Shown here one piece after another: positions 28,029-37,082 of a DNA stretch of 64,000 nucleotides. Origin of the DNA: Gammaproteobacteria bacterium (lineage in GTDB: Bacteria > Pseudomonadota > Gammaproteobacteria > UBA1113). A program made the position numbers and the translations under genes. The stretch is taken from NCBI GenBank assembly GCA_020051155.1, contig JAGVJK010000002.1:2411-66410 (forward strand), written 5' to 3'. Position 1 is the stretch's first letter. Each line of letters opens with the position of its first letter. The notes below the pieces were generated by a model. It worked only from the letters and a program-made list of their open reading frames with translations. It did no database searches and was not told the origin of the DNA.

Positions 28029-28207
28029 CCCCCAATTTTGCGAGGAGCACAGGATTAAGCGGTCGACGGGAACCGCAACCGGGCTGACCATGCATCTTGC
28101 TCGATCTCCGCTGCTATTCCACCTACAAGAGATGATCATTGACTCAACCTCGCTGGCCCGTTAAAGTGACGCTCCCCCACCAAAATAGAACCAAAGGGTA
28201 CAACAAA

Positions 28208-29041
28208 ATGAACTATCGACACGCCTACCACGCCGGCGGTTTTTCAGACGTAATGAAGCATGGCATTGAATGCCTAATCCTTGATTATCTTACAAAAAAA
28301 GAAAAAGGATTCGTCTATCTCGATACCCATGCCGGTATTGGTCATTATGACCTACATAGCGATGAAAGCAGCCGCGGTCAGGAATATCGGCAGGGGATTC
28401 ACAAAATTATGGCCTTACCCAGCGTACCCGAGGAAGTTCAGATTTATCGTGACATTGTCGGCCACTATTACGATGCCCCACAAAAACTGTTTTACCCGGG
28501 CTCCCCCTTAATAGCAAAGCATTTCATGCGAGAGCAAGACAAATTGATCCTCAATGAATTTCACCCAGAGGATAGCCAAATTTTAAAACAAGTCTTTCGC
28601 CGCGAGCCCCAAGTGCATTGCCATCAACGAGATGCCTATGAGTTTCTACCCGCAATGCTTCCCCCCGAACCACGACGTGGTCTTATTTTAATCGATCCCC
28701 CCTATGAAGAACGACAAGAATTATCAAGCGCCATGAAATTGCTGAAACAAGGCATCGATAAATTTGCACAAGGCGTGTACTTGCTATGGTATCCCATCAA
28801 AGACTATCGAAATGAAACCGCAGTTAAAATTCTCAAACAAGCACGCTTGCCCGCAGACAGCCTGCATTTAGAATATTTTCACCAAAAACCAGAAACAGAC
28901 AGCAATAAATTAATCGGTTCCGGTGTTGTAGTGGTGAATCCACCCTGGCCATTGAAAGAGCAAGCGGCAGTTTTTCTTGAACAAATGGTTAAAACTTTAT
29001 CGAAAGCGGGCGAGGGAGACCAACGAATTACAATTCTCTGA
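28208..29041 (+). CDS. rlmJ: 23S rRNA (adenine2030-N6)-methyltransferase
   Basis: From the ATG at 28208 the protein reads MNYRHAYHAGGFSDVMKH...YLDTHAGIGHY...YPGSPLIA...LILIDPPYE...VVVVNPPW. This is collinear with E. coli RlmJ. The ORF track's upstream TTG extension is unlikely to be translated. Confidence 0.85.
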   Translation: MNYRHAYHAGGFSDVMKHGIECLILDYLTKKEKGFVYLDTHAGIGHYDLHSDESSRGQEYRQGIHKIMALPSVPEEVQIYRDIVGHYYDAPQKLFYPGSPLIAKHFMREQDKLILNEFHPEDSQILKQVFRREPQVHCHQRDAYEFLPAMLPPEPRRGLILIDPPYEERQELSSAMKLLKQGIDKFAQGVYLLWYPIKDYRNETAVKILKQARLPADSLHLEYFHQKPETDSNKLIGSGVVVVNPPWPLKEQAAVFLEQMVKTLSKAGEGDQRITIL

Positions 29042-29113
29042 TTTTATTACATTCCCATACAGGCAAAAGTGTATTATCTTAGATAGACACAGCAAGGATG
29101 CTAGGGAATTTTC

Positions 29114-29914
29114 ATGAAGTGTTTGACCTATTGTGTTGCAGAGCAAATTAATCTTGCGAATGTAGAGCAACAATGCAAATTGCAACCAGGATTATTGTAT
29201 CAGCGACATTGGGGAGGATTAGAACTTTTCGATGCAGCTAAAACCCGTTATTGTTATATTTTTAAAAATGGCACTGTTATTGCGTGGGGCTACCACCGGC
29301 ATAATATTAAAGGGATTTTTGATTTGCTGATAGCCGCTGGCGTCAAGATGTTAGATACCTATATTCACGATGAATTTTCTTATCATCTAGCAGAAGAAAC
29401 AAATGTTTGGCCTCACCCGTATTTTAATCTCGATTGTATTTCCCTCGAAAGTGATGATCCAGAAATTAAATTGGCTGTTTCCTATGGTTTATCCATGTCA
29501 GTGAAATTGTATTACTATGAAACTATCATCGAAAAATTAATTAGTCATTATTATCCGCTTATTTCTAAATTAGCTAAGTTCGGACGGTTTAAGTTTTCCC
29601 GAGAAAGAATCAATAAAATTTTAGGGGATATTCTAGCGATTCACAGTGAAATTAATTTAGCGAGTAATTTTTTATATCAACCAAAGTTCTTTTGGCAACA
29701 TCCAGGGTTAGAACGTTATTATTGGTTATTTGAGAAATATCTCGACATTTCAGCGCGTGCAGAAAATATTAATCAACAACTAGATACATTAAATGAAGTA
29801 TTTCTCATGTTTAATGGGTATCTTGAAAACAAGCATACGCATCGATTAGAAATTATTATTATTGTGTTAATCGCAGTTGAAATTCTTTTTAGTGTTTTAA
29901 ATCTTCATCTTTAA
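29114..29914 (+). CDS. DUF155 / RMD1-family protein with a C-terminal TM helix
   Basis: YCYIFKNGTVIAWGY and the C-terminal RLEIIIIVLIAVEILFSVLNL match the RMND1/DUF155 pattern. It is the first gene of a five-gene overlapped cluster. Confidence 0.6.
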   Translation: MKCLTYCVAEQINLANVEQQCKLQPGLLYQRHWGGLELFDAAKTRYCYIFKNGTVIAWGYHRHNIKGIFDLLIAAGVKMLDTYIHDEFSYHLAEETNVWPHPYFNLDCISLESDDPEIKLAVSYGLSMSVKLYYYETIIEKLISHYYPLISKLAKFGRFKFSRERINKILGDILAIHSEINLASNFLYQPKFFWQHPGLERYYWLFEKYLDISARAENINQQLDTLNEVFLMFNGYLENKHTHRLEIIIIVLIAVEILFSVLNLHL

Positions 29915-29926
29915 GCAAGGGATCAT

Positions 29927-30640
29927 ATGATTAATTTAAAAATAAAAAATCAACCGGATGATGAAACCTGTGGACCTACCAGCTTGCACAGTGTTTATCG
30001 ATATTATGGTGATAAGATCTCTCTTAAAACAGTATTAAACACTGTGAAGCGAGTGACAGGTGGTGGCACTATCGCATCTCATTTAGGATGTCATGCGTTA
30101 GAGCGAGGTTATCAAGCTAAATTGTTTACCTATAACTTGAAGATATTTGACCCTAGCTGGTTTCCAGATGGAAAAAGTTCGAGAGAATATCTATATGAGA
30201 AATTAATGGAGCAAAAAAAACATAAATCATCAAAAAAAACCAATGAAGTCAGTGACGGTTACGCTAACTTTCTGCAATTGGGCGGCGATATTTTTTTTAA
30301 AGATCTTTCAACTGCTTTGCTTAGAAAGTTTTTTACTAAATCACAACCGATCATTACCGGATTAAGTGCCACTTATTTATATAATTCAATACGAGAAACC
30401 TTCACGGAGGAGGGAGTTTCTGTTCCAGATGATATTCTAGGAGAACCTTGCGGGCATTTTGTAGTGTTGTGTGGTTATGATGAAGATCAACGACATATGA
30501 TTGTTGCGGATCCTCATCAAAAGAATCCATTATCAAAAGATAATTATTATACGGTAGATCGTAATCGACTTATTAATTCAATCATGTTGGGTGTGTTGAC
30601 CTATGATGCAACACTTCTTATTATTTCACCAAGAGAGTAA
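29927..30640 (+). CDS. C39-like papain-fold cysteine peptidase
   Basis: N-terminal QPDDETCGPTSL (candidate catalytic Cys), followed by CGHFVVLCGYDEDQRHMIVADP (His/Asp), arranged as in C39-type peptidase domains. Confidence 0.55.
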   Translation: MINLKIKNQPDDETCGPTSLHSVYRYYGDKISLKTVLNTVKRVTGGGTIASHLGCHALERGYQAKLFTYNLKIFDPSWFPDGKSSREYLYEKLMEQKKHKSSKKTNEVSDGYANFLQLGGDIFFKDLSTALLRKFFTKSQPIITGLSATYLYNSIRETFTEEGVSVPDDILGEPCGHFVVLCGYDEDQRHMIVADPHQKNPLSKDNYYTVDRNRLINSIMLGVLTYDATLLIISPRE

Positions 30641-30643
30641 TTT

Positions 30644-32110
30644 ATGCAAACTATTTTAGTCACGGATGAGCCAGAGTTTTGGAGTTTTCTTTCTGAAAAG
30701 ACCGAGATTGTCGACGCAGTTGATTATTTGTCGAATATTGATTATACCAATGGATATCATTATCGAGTGATTAATCTTTGTAATTCTCACGAATATCAAA
30801 GTGTAGGGTATTATGTTTCTTTATTAGCAGAAGCGCGAGGCCATAAAATTATCCCAAGCGTTATTGCTATTCAAGATGTAATGAATTCATCCTTAGCAAA
30901 GACATTGTCTGATGCCTTAGAAGCTGAAATTGATCATGAGCTCCATGGACTTAAATCAGAGGAATTTGTGTTAAGTGTTTATTTTGGTAAGAACGTTGCA
31001 GCAAAATATGATGTTCTTGCAAAAAAATTGCACCAGCTATTACCACTGCCAATGTTTAGAGTGTACTTTAAGCACGCTCGACACTGGCATATCAAGCAAA
31101 TTAAACCCGTTAATATTGAGAGCGTATTACCGCAGCATTTAGAGTTTATGAAGGAAGCCGCTTGCCGGTATTTTGAAAAGAAACGTTTTCATAATCATCG
31201 CCCCAAAGCACGTTATTATGATTTAGCAATTCTTCATAACCCGAATGAATCGACACCACCTTCAGATAAAGATGCACTTAAAAAATTCATGGGTGCTGGC
31301 CACGAGCTTGGGATCGATGTTAGTTTAATTGAAAAAAGTGATTTTAAAAATCTAGCAGAATATGATGGCTTATTTATTCGTGAAACTACATCTATTGATC
31401 ATCACACCTATTCATTTGCCAGAAAAGCATATGCAGAGCATATGATGGTGATCGATGATCCTGTATCTATTTTAAAATGTTGCAATAAGGTTTATTTAGC
31501 AGAGCTTACTAGACGCCATAATATACCATCACCAAAAACATGGATTCTCAATCAACAAAACTTAGATAAAATGAATAAAGTATTAAGTTATCCCTGTGTG
31601 TTAAAAAAACCTGATAGTGCTTTTTCACAAGGTGTCATAAAGGTGGAAGATTATTCAGCTTTAACAAAAGCGATTAAACCTTTTTTTAATTCTTCAGATT
31701 TAATTATTGCACAAGAATTTTTACCAACAGACTATGACTGGCGAATCGGTATTTTTGATAACAAACCAATTTTTGCGTGTAAATATTATATGGCAGCAGG
31801 TCATTGGCAAATTTATAATTGGAAAGAAGATGAAAAGCATGAGGATTTTGTCGGTGATTTTGATACCGTCCATGTAGAAGACGTGCCTAAGGAAGTGATT
31901 GCCACCGCATTAAAAGCAACAAAACTGATTGGTGATGGCTTATATGGTGTTGATTTGAAGCAAGTAGGCCAGCAATGTTATGTGATTGAAGTGAACGACA
32001 ATCCTAATCTTGATTCCGGGGTAGAAGATCAAGCGTTGGGTGACGAAATGTATGCTTCCATTATGAAGGTTTTTTTACAGCGCATGCAAAGGTTACACGG
32101 TCATGAGTAA
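30644..32110 (+). CDS. RimK-like ATP-grasp ligase with a ~200-aa N-terminal extension (RLAN-like)
   Basis: The C-terminal half (VLKKPDSAFSQGV, IAQEFLPTDYDWRIGIF, GVDLKQ...VIEVNDNPN) is RimK-type ATP-grasp. The N-terminal domain (YRVINLCNSHEYQSVGYYVSLLAEARGHKIIPS) is what I recall as the RimK-like ATP-grasp N-terminal domain. Confidence 0.75.
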   Translation: MQTILVTDEPEFWSFLSEKTEIVDAVDYLSNIDYTNGYHYRVINLCNSHEYQSVGYYVSLLAEARGHKIIPSVIAIQDVMNSSLAKTLSDALEAEIDHELHGLKSEEFVLSVYFGKNVAAKYDVLAKKLHQLLPLPMFRVYFKHARHWHIKQIKPVNIESVLPQHLEFMKEAACRYFEKKRFHNHRPKARYYDLAILHNPNESTPPSDKDALKKFMGAGHELGIDVSLIEKSDFKNLAEYDGLFIRETTSIDHHTYSFARKAYAEHMMVIDDPVSILKCCNKVYLAELTRRHNIPSPKTWILNQQNLDKMNKVLSYPCVLKKPDSAFSQGVIKVEDYSALTKAIKPFFNSSDLIIAQEFLPTDYDWRIGIFDNKPIFACKYYMAAGHWQIYNWKEDEKHEDFVGDFDTVHVEDVPKEVIATALKATKLIGDGLYGVDLKQVGQQCYVIEVNDNPNLDSGVEDQALGDEMYASIMKVFLQRMQRLHGHE

Positions 32111-33332
32111 AACAGATTATCCACTTTTCTCAGTGTTTGGGATTGAATTAGAATACATGATCGTTGATAAAAATGATTTATCGGTCAAGCCGATTGCTGA
32201 TCAGCTCATATTAGAACTATCAGGAACTGTGGAAAATGAAATAGAGCTGGGAGCGATTGCCCTTAGCAATGAATTAGCCATGCATGTGGTAGAGTTAAAA
32301 ACCAATGGTCCTGCAAAATCCTTAGAGAATTTATCCGAAAACTTTCATGAAGTCATTTTAACGGTGAATGAAGCATTAAAAAAATTTGACGCAGTGCTCA
32401 TGCCAACAGGCGCACATCCATGGTTAGATCCAAAAAAAGGCATTAAATTATGGCATCATGGCGATCGTACTATTTATGAAACCTTTCATCGAATATTCAA
32501 TTGCAGTGGACATGGCTGGGGAAATTTGCAAAGTACCCATTTAAACTTACCCTTTGCCAATGAAGAAGAATTTGTTGCCTTGCATAGTGCCATTCGATTA
32601 TTGCTCGCGTTTATTCCCGCATTAACGGCAAGCACGCCAATTTTAGAAGGACAATATGAAGGAGCCTTAGATAGCCGATTACTTTTTTATGGCACCAACC
32701 AAGCGAGTATTCCCCATATTTCAGGACATATTATTCCAGAGCCAGTGCAATCTATTGCCGAATATCATGCAGTGATTTTACAACCAATGTATCGTGATAT
32801 TGCGCAATATGATCCAGAAAATATTATGCAAAATGAGTGGCTAAACTCGCGTGGCGCAGTGGCTAAATTTAAGTATGGCGCTATAGAAATTAGGATTTTA
32901 GATTTACAAGAGTCACCGCAGATGGATTTAGCCTGCATTGCACTCATTGTCGAAGTGTTAAAAGATTTAATGAAATGTGTTGATTTGAAATCTTCTTTAA
33001 CTTATCCAACGACTGGATTAAAAGTAGTTTATGATGAAGTGATTTACAAAGGATTTGATGCTCAAGTCACAGACCAAGAATTACTAACATTATTGAAATG
33101 TGATTTGCAAGCGCCCTGTACAGTAAAAGAAGTTTGGCAAGCATTGATTACTAGAGTTTCAGATCGTTTGAAGCAGCCAGAGAAGGAGATGCTCCATCTT
33201 ATTCTAGAACATGGAAATTTAGCGCAACGTATTTCACAAGCGGTGGGTACAACAGTGCGACAAGAAGTTTTATTCAACGTTTATCAGTCGTTGATGGACT
33301 GTTTAAAAAGAAATGTGATGTTTTTGCCATGA
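32103..33332 (+). CDS. GCS2-family carboxylate-amine ligase (glutamate-cysteine-ligase-like)
   Basis: FGIELEYMIVD, HLNLPF and IEIRILD are characteristic of YbdK/GCS2-type ligases. There is an 8-nt overlap with the ATP-grasp gene. Confidence 0.7.
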   Translation: MSKTDYPLFSVFGIELEYMIVDKNDLSVKPIADQLILELSGTVENEIELGAIALSNELAMHVVELKTNGPAKSLENLSENFHEVILTVNEALKKFDAVLMPTGAHPWLDPKKGIKLWHHGDRTIYETFHRIFNCSGHGWGNLQSTHLNLPFANEEEFVALHSAIRLLLAFIPALTASTPILEGQYEGALDSRLLFYGTNQASIPHISGHIIPEPVQSIAEYHAVILQPMYRDIAQYDPENIMQNEWLNSRGAVAKFKYGAIEIRILDLQESPQMDLACIALIVEVLKDLMKCVDLKSSLTYPTTGLKVVYDEVIYKGFDAQVTDQELLTLLKCDLQAPCTVKEVWQALITRVSDRLKQPEKEMLHLILEHGNLAQRISQAVGTTVRQEVLFNVYQSLMDCLKRNVMFLP

Positions 33333-34039
33333 CGGATTGTTATCTGATTACCTGTGAACATGCTAGTAGTGAAGTTCCTCAGGAGTATACTTATTTATTT
33401 GCAGGGCAGGAGAGTGCACTGAAGACCCATCGTGGATACGATATCGGTTCAAAACAAGTATACGAGCGATTCGCCGATGAATTGCCTTGTTGGTCACAAG
33501 CAGGAAATTATACTCGCTTGTTGGTAGATTTAAACCGCACGGTGAATCACCCTCAGTTATTTTCAAGTTTTACTCGTAGCTTATCTGCGGCAGACAAAAA
33601 AATGATTTTAGAAAAATTTTATTTTCCTTACGTGTCAAATTTAGAGAAAGCCATTACCCAGCGTCTTGAAACACAGGAAAGAGTCTTTCATCTTTCATTG
33701 CATAGCTTTACGCCTACTATAAATGAAAAAGAGAGAAACAATGATATTGGTTTTTTGTACGATCCTCAGCATGCAGCAGAAAAGAAACTCTGTCTGTTAT
33801 GGCAAAGCGTGCTTAAGGAGCAAATGCCCTCTTTTCACGTGCGAATGAATTATCCCTACAAAGGCACTTCCAATGGCTTAACGTCACATTTTCGCAAAAA
33901 ATATCCAAAGTATCACGGCATCGAAGTGGAAATCAATCAGCGGTTATTTTCTGCTAAGCATTCAGTGAGTGACTTCATTGCGCAGTTTTTAAAAAGCTTC
34001 ACTACCGTATCTGATGTAATGAAAAACAGTCAGGCATAA
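33329..34039 (+). CDS. N-formylglutamate amidohydrolase (FGase/HutG-like) family hydrolase
   Basis: LITCEHASSEVP, LLVDLNR and HLSLHSFTP are FGase-family motifs. There is an ATGA overlap with the GCS2 gene. Confidence 0.7.
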   Translation: MTDCYLITCEHASSEVPQEYTYLFAGQESALKTHRGYDIGSKQVYERFADELPCWSQAGNYTRLLVDLNRTVNHPQLFSSFTRSLSAADKKMILEKFYFPYVSNLEKAITQRLETQERVFHLSLHSFTPTINEKERNNDIGFLYDPQHAAEKKLCLLWQSVLKEQMPSFHVRMNYPYKGTSNGLTSHFRKKYPKYHGIEVEINQRLFSAKHSVSDFIAQFLKSFTTVSDVMKNSQA

Positions 34040-34096
34040 AAAAGGAGGGATCAGTCCCTCCTTTTTTACGGAACCTTTGTCGAACAAAGGTTCCGT
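34038..34096. terminator. Back-to-back hairpins between convergent genes (bidirectional intrinsic terminator)
   Basis: AAAAAAGGAGGGAtcagTCCCTCCTTTTTT (34038-34067) is flanked by A and T runs. It is followed by ACGGAACCTTTGtcgaaCAAAGGTTCCGT (34068-34096). Confidence 0.65.
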
Positions 34097-34112
34097 ATCT
34101 AGCCAATATAAA

Positions 34113-34394
34113 TTAGTTAGATGTTCCACTTTGATCGGTGGATGAAGTAGAAGATGCATCACTAGCAGGAGCTGCATCGCTAGCGGGAGCTGCATCACTA
34201 GCTGGAGCTGGTGTTGCAGGTGTTGTAGCAGCAGGAGCTGCACTTTGATCGCTCGTGCTGGTTGTACTTTGATCAGTGCTGCTGCTAGTTGCTGCAGATT
34301 GATCCGCATCTGTAGAGGAGCCTTTATTTTGGCACGCTACTAAACTGGTAGCAAACAATACGCTCGCTAAAATGACTAAGCCTTTTTTTAACAT
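34113..34394 (-). CDS. Small low-complexity lipoprotein (93 aa)
   Basis: The ATG at 34392-34394 is preceded by GGAGAA. MLKKGLVILASVLFATSLVAC is a signal peptide with an L-V-A-C lipobox. The mature part is Ser/Thr/Ala/Pro/Asp-rich. Confidence 0.7.
   Translation of the reverse strand: MLKKGLVILASVLFATSLVACQNKGSSTDADQSAATSSSTDQSTTSTSDQSAAPAATTPATPAPASDAAPASDAAPASDASSTSSTDQSGTSN
34156..34209. repeat. 3 x 18-bp tandem repeat inside the lipoprotein gene
   Basis: GCATCACTAGCAGGAGCT / GCATCGCTAGCGGGAGCT / GCATCACTAGCTGGAGCT, encoding (AAPASD)x3 on the minus strand. Confidence 0.9.
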
Positions 34395-34692
34395 TTGGTT
34401 CTCCATAAAATTGCTCTTTACAAACAAGCCCCTAATGGATATAACATCCATAAAAGCACATAAAGATTTTACTGTACATTCTAAGATCCGGCAACCTGTT
34501 TTAGAAGTAAAAAAAATATTTGGTCAAGTTACTGGCATCTTTGCGCAACCTATGCTTAATTTTAGAGTGTGAATTGGAATATCATAAAACGTTAAGGGAT
34601 GCATCCAGAGTAACTTCCCATTTTGGACATGCTCCTAGACTGGAAAAGTAAATTAGAGTACAGAACATACACGAGTACAGAAGGGGTAAAAC

Positions 34693-35658
34693 ATGGACAT
34701 AAACGCTAGCATCGGTGGCTGGAAAAAACGCATCCATCGCTGCTCATTCCCACGATTAGCTTATCCACTAATCGCTGCAACAGGCCTCATGGGGGCTACG
34801 TTAGATGCAAACGCATTGACATTCCAACTGCCAGAACAAGGAAAAATTGTTGGGCATGTGTCAACAGCTACAGTTCTAGCCGGTGAATCTTTCACCGATG
34901 TGGCTAGAAAAAATGACATTGGTTACTACGAATTGTTAGAGGCTAACCCTAGCATTAATCCTATGCATCCTAAGGCAGGACAAGTAGTGACCATTCCTAC
35001 CCGTTATATTTTACCATCGGGCCCAAGGGAAGGGATTGTGATTAATACAGCGGAGCTGCGTTTGTATTATTACCCACCCGGCCAAAATACTGTGGTGACG
35101 GAACCGATTGGCATTGGACGCCAAGGTTGGGAAACGCCCACAGGAGATTTGAGTATTATTCAAAAACAAAAAGATCCAACTTGGCATGCGCCTCCCGCGG
35201 TAATTGCTGATTTGGCACGCAAAGGAATTTATTATCCGAAGGAAGTACCACCAGGTCCGGATAATCCTTTGGGTCGGTATATGATGCGTCTTAGCAATCA
35301 TACGTACCTAATCCATGGAACCAATGCACCACAGGGAGTGGGGCGTCGTGTCAGTGCTGGATGTATCCGTATGTACCCAGAAGATGTGGAACGATTGTTT
35401 TACACTGTGGGCATCGGTACCAAAGTTCGTATTGTTAATGAGCCTTACAAAGTGGCTTGGGTGGGAAATAATCTGTACATGGAGTCTCACCAACCATTGA
35501 AAGAAACTCGCAGAGGCGGTCAGTTGTCTACCATGTGGACAACTGCAGTGAAGCAAGTGGCTGGCTTACGTAATAGTGTGAGCGTAGATTGGGCTAGAGT
35601 TAATCAAGTAGGGCATGCACAATCAGGTATACCCGCAGTCGTTGGTACTTCTAGCTAG
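34693..35658 (+). CDS. L,D-transpeptidase with an N-terminal LysM domain (ErfK/YbiS/YnhG-like)
   Basis: LysM-like GESFTDVARKNDIGYYELLEANP...GQVVTIP. YkuD catalytic motif HGTNAPQGVGRRVSAGCIRM. Confidence 0.85.
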   Translation: MDINASIGGWKKRIHRCSFPRLAYPLIAATGLMGATLDANALTFQLPEQGKIVGHVSTATVLAGESFTDVARKNDIGYYELLEANPSINPMHPKAGQVVTIPTRYILPSGPREGIVINTAELRLYYYPPGQNTVVTEPIGIGRQGWETPTGDLSIIQKQKDPTWHAPPAVIADLARKGIYYPKEVPPGPDNPLGRYMMRLSNHTYLIHGTNAPQGVGRRVSAGCIRMYPEDVERLFYTVGIGTKVRIVNEPYKVAWVGNNLYMESHQPLKETRRGGQLSTMWTTAVKQVAGLRNSVSVDWARVNQVGHAQSGIPAVVGTSS

Positions 35659-35679
35659 TATAGTCATGTCTTAGTAGAC

Positions 35680-35718
35680 AAAGGCCTTTCCTTATCGAGG
35701 GAAGGCCTTTTCTTTTTC
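35680..35718 (+). terminator. Probable intrinsic terminator after the L,D-transpeptidase gene
   Basis: AAAGGCCTTtccttatcgagggAAGGCCTTT followed by TCTTTTTC. Confidence 0.5.
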
Positions 35719-35816
35719 TGAAATTTAAAGATCAACTGTACGCAATTGATTCCGCGTAATGTTACAATGCCCGCAACATTTTATTTCATAAAAAAGCTGC
35801 GGGAGAGAGTTATAAC

Positions 35817-37082
35817 ATGAGTCCTTATCATTTGATCGCATTGCTGCTGACCTTTGCAGTATTAGTGGCCTATATCAATCATCGTTATGTAAAGATGCCA
35901 AGTACCATTGCTATCATGTTCGCTTCGTTGTTGATATCTTTTTTCTTAATTGTGATGGGATGGTTTGGTTTTCACGATACGCTGCAAAGTTTATCGACAT
36001 TATTAGCACCTCTCAATTTTCACGATTTATTGATTAATGGCATGCTGAGCTTCTTATTGTTTGCAGGTGCATTGACCATCGACATTAGCCATTTGAGAAA
36101 TCAAAAATGGGAAATAGGTATTTTGGCTTCCCTAGGAACAGTGGGCTCTGCTTTATTAGTCGGGTACGGTATGTATTGGACGTTACCCTTGATCGGTATT
36201 CATTTAAGTTTATTGTATTGCTTATTATTTGGAGCGTTAATTTCTCCGACGGATCCCATTGCCGTGCTTTCTATTTTCAAAGCGCTCAAAGCGCCGCGTG
36301 ACATGACAATTTTTTTAGAGGGTGAGTCTTTATTTAATGACGGTGTCGGCATTGTTATTTTCTTAACAATTTATACCCTAGCGTATCAGGGTGGTGATTT
36401 TTCTATTTCAACTATCACGCTCTTATTCCTACGTCAGGCGATAGGTGGCATTCTTTACGGTGCATTATTAGGATTAATTGGCTATTGGCTGATTGAGCCG
36501 GTGGATGATCATCGTATGCAAATTTTAGTGACCTTAGCGCTGGTTACCGGCGGTTATGCCCTAGCAATGTATTTAGATATTTCTGGTCCCTTAGCAATGG
36601 TGGTTGCAGGGATTTTTATTGGTAATCAGAGCCGTGAATTTTATATGTCACCGCATACCCGAGAAAATTTAGATAATTTTTGGGAGGTGATGGATGAAAT
36701 CTTGAATGCCGTTCTCTTTTTGTTAATCGGTTTTGAGTTATTACAGCTGAATATTAATTTAAAAGAATTAATCGCCATGGGCTTGGCGATAGTGCTTGTT
36801 TTGTTGGTACGCTTTATTTGCGTTGCAGTGCCGATACATTTCTTTCGATTTAAACGTCAATATTTTCCAGGCATGGTGCGCATCCTTACCTGGGGTGGGT
36901 TACGCGGCGGTTTAGCGGTGGCGTTGGCTCTGGCACTACCCGCGGTTGATACACAACGTGGAGTGGTGTTAGCAATGACCTATGGCGTTGTTGTATTTGC
37001 AATCTTGATTCAGGGTATGACAATTAAGCCGATGATCAAGAAGAGCTTGCGTTTACAAAGTGTTGAGCAAGCACGTAACTAA
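35817..37082 (+). CDS. Na+/H+ (cation:proton) antiporter, CPA1/NhaP-type
   Basis: 421 aa and polytopic. GALISPTDPIAV, ESLFNDGVGIVIF and GGLRGGLAVALAL are CPA1 motifs. Confidence 0.8.
   Translation: MSPYHLIALLLTFAVLVAYINHRYVKMPSTIAIMFASLLISFFLIVMGWFGFHDTLQSLSTLLAPLNFHDLLINGMLSFLLFAGALTIDISHLRNQKWEIGILASLGTVGSALLVGYGMYWTLPLIGIHLSLLYCLLFGALISPTDPIAVLSIFKALKAPRDMTIFLEGESLFNDGVGIVIFLTIYTLAYQGGDFSISTITLLFLRQAIGGILYGALLGLIGYWLIEPVDDHRMQILVTLALVTGGYALAMYLDISGPLAMVVAGIFIGNQSREFYMSPHTRENLDNFWEVMDEILNAVLFLLIGFELLQLNINLKELIAMGLAIVLVLLVRFICVAVPIHFFRFKRQYFPGMVRILTWGGLRGGLAVALALALPAVDTQRGVVLAMTYGVVVFAILIQGMTIKPMIKKSLRLQSVEQARN

Noticed and set aside
37036-37082. 47-bp convergent overlap of the Na+/H+ antiporter and M20 peptidase 3' ends, considered as a possible frameshift or mis-assembly
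   Set aside because: Both proteins look complete up to their C-termini (the last TM and tail of the antiporter, and the final helix of the M20 protein). Neither frame shows a disrupted motif. This is probably a genuine tail-to-tail overlap.
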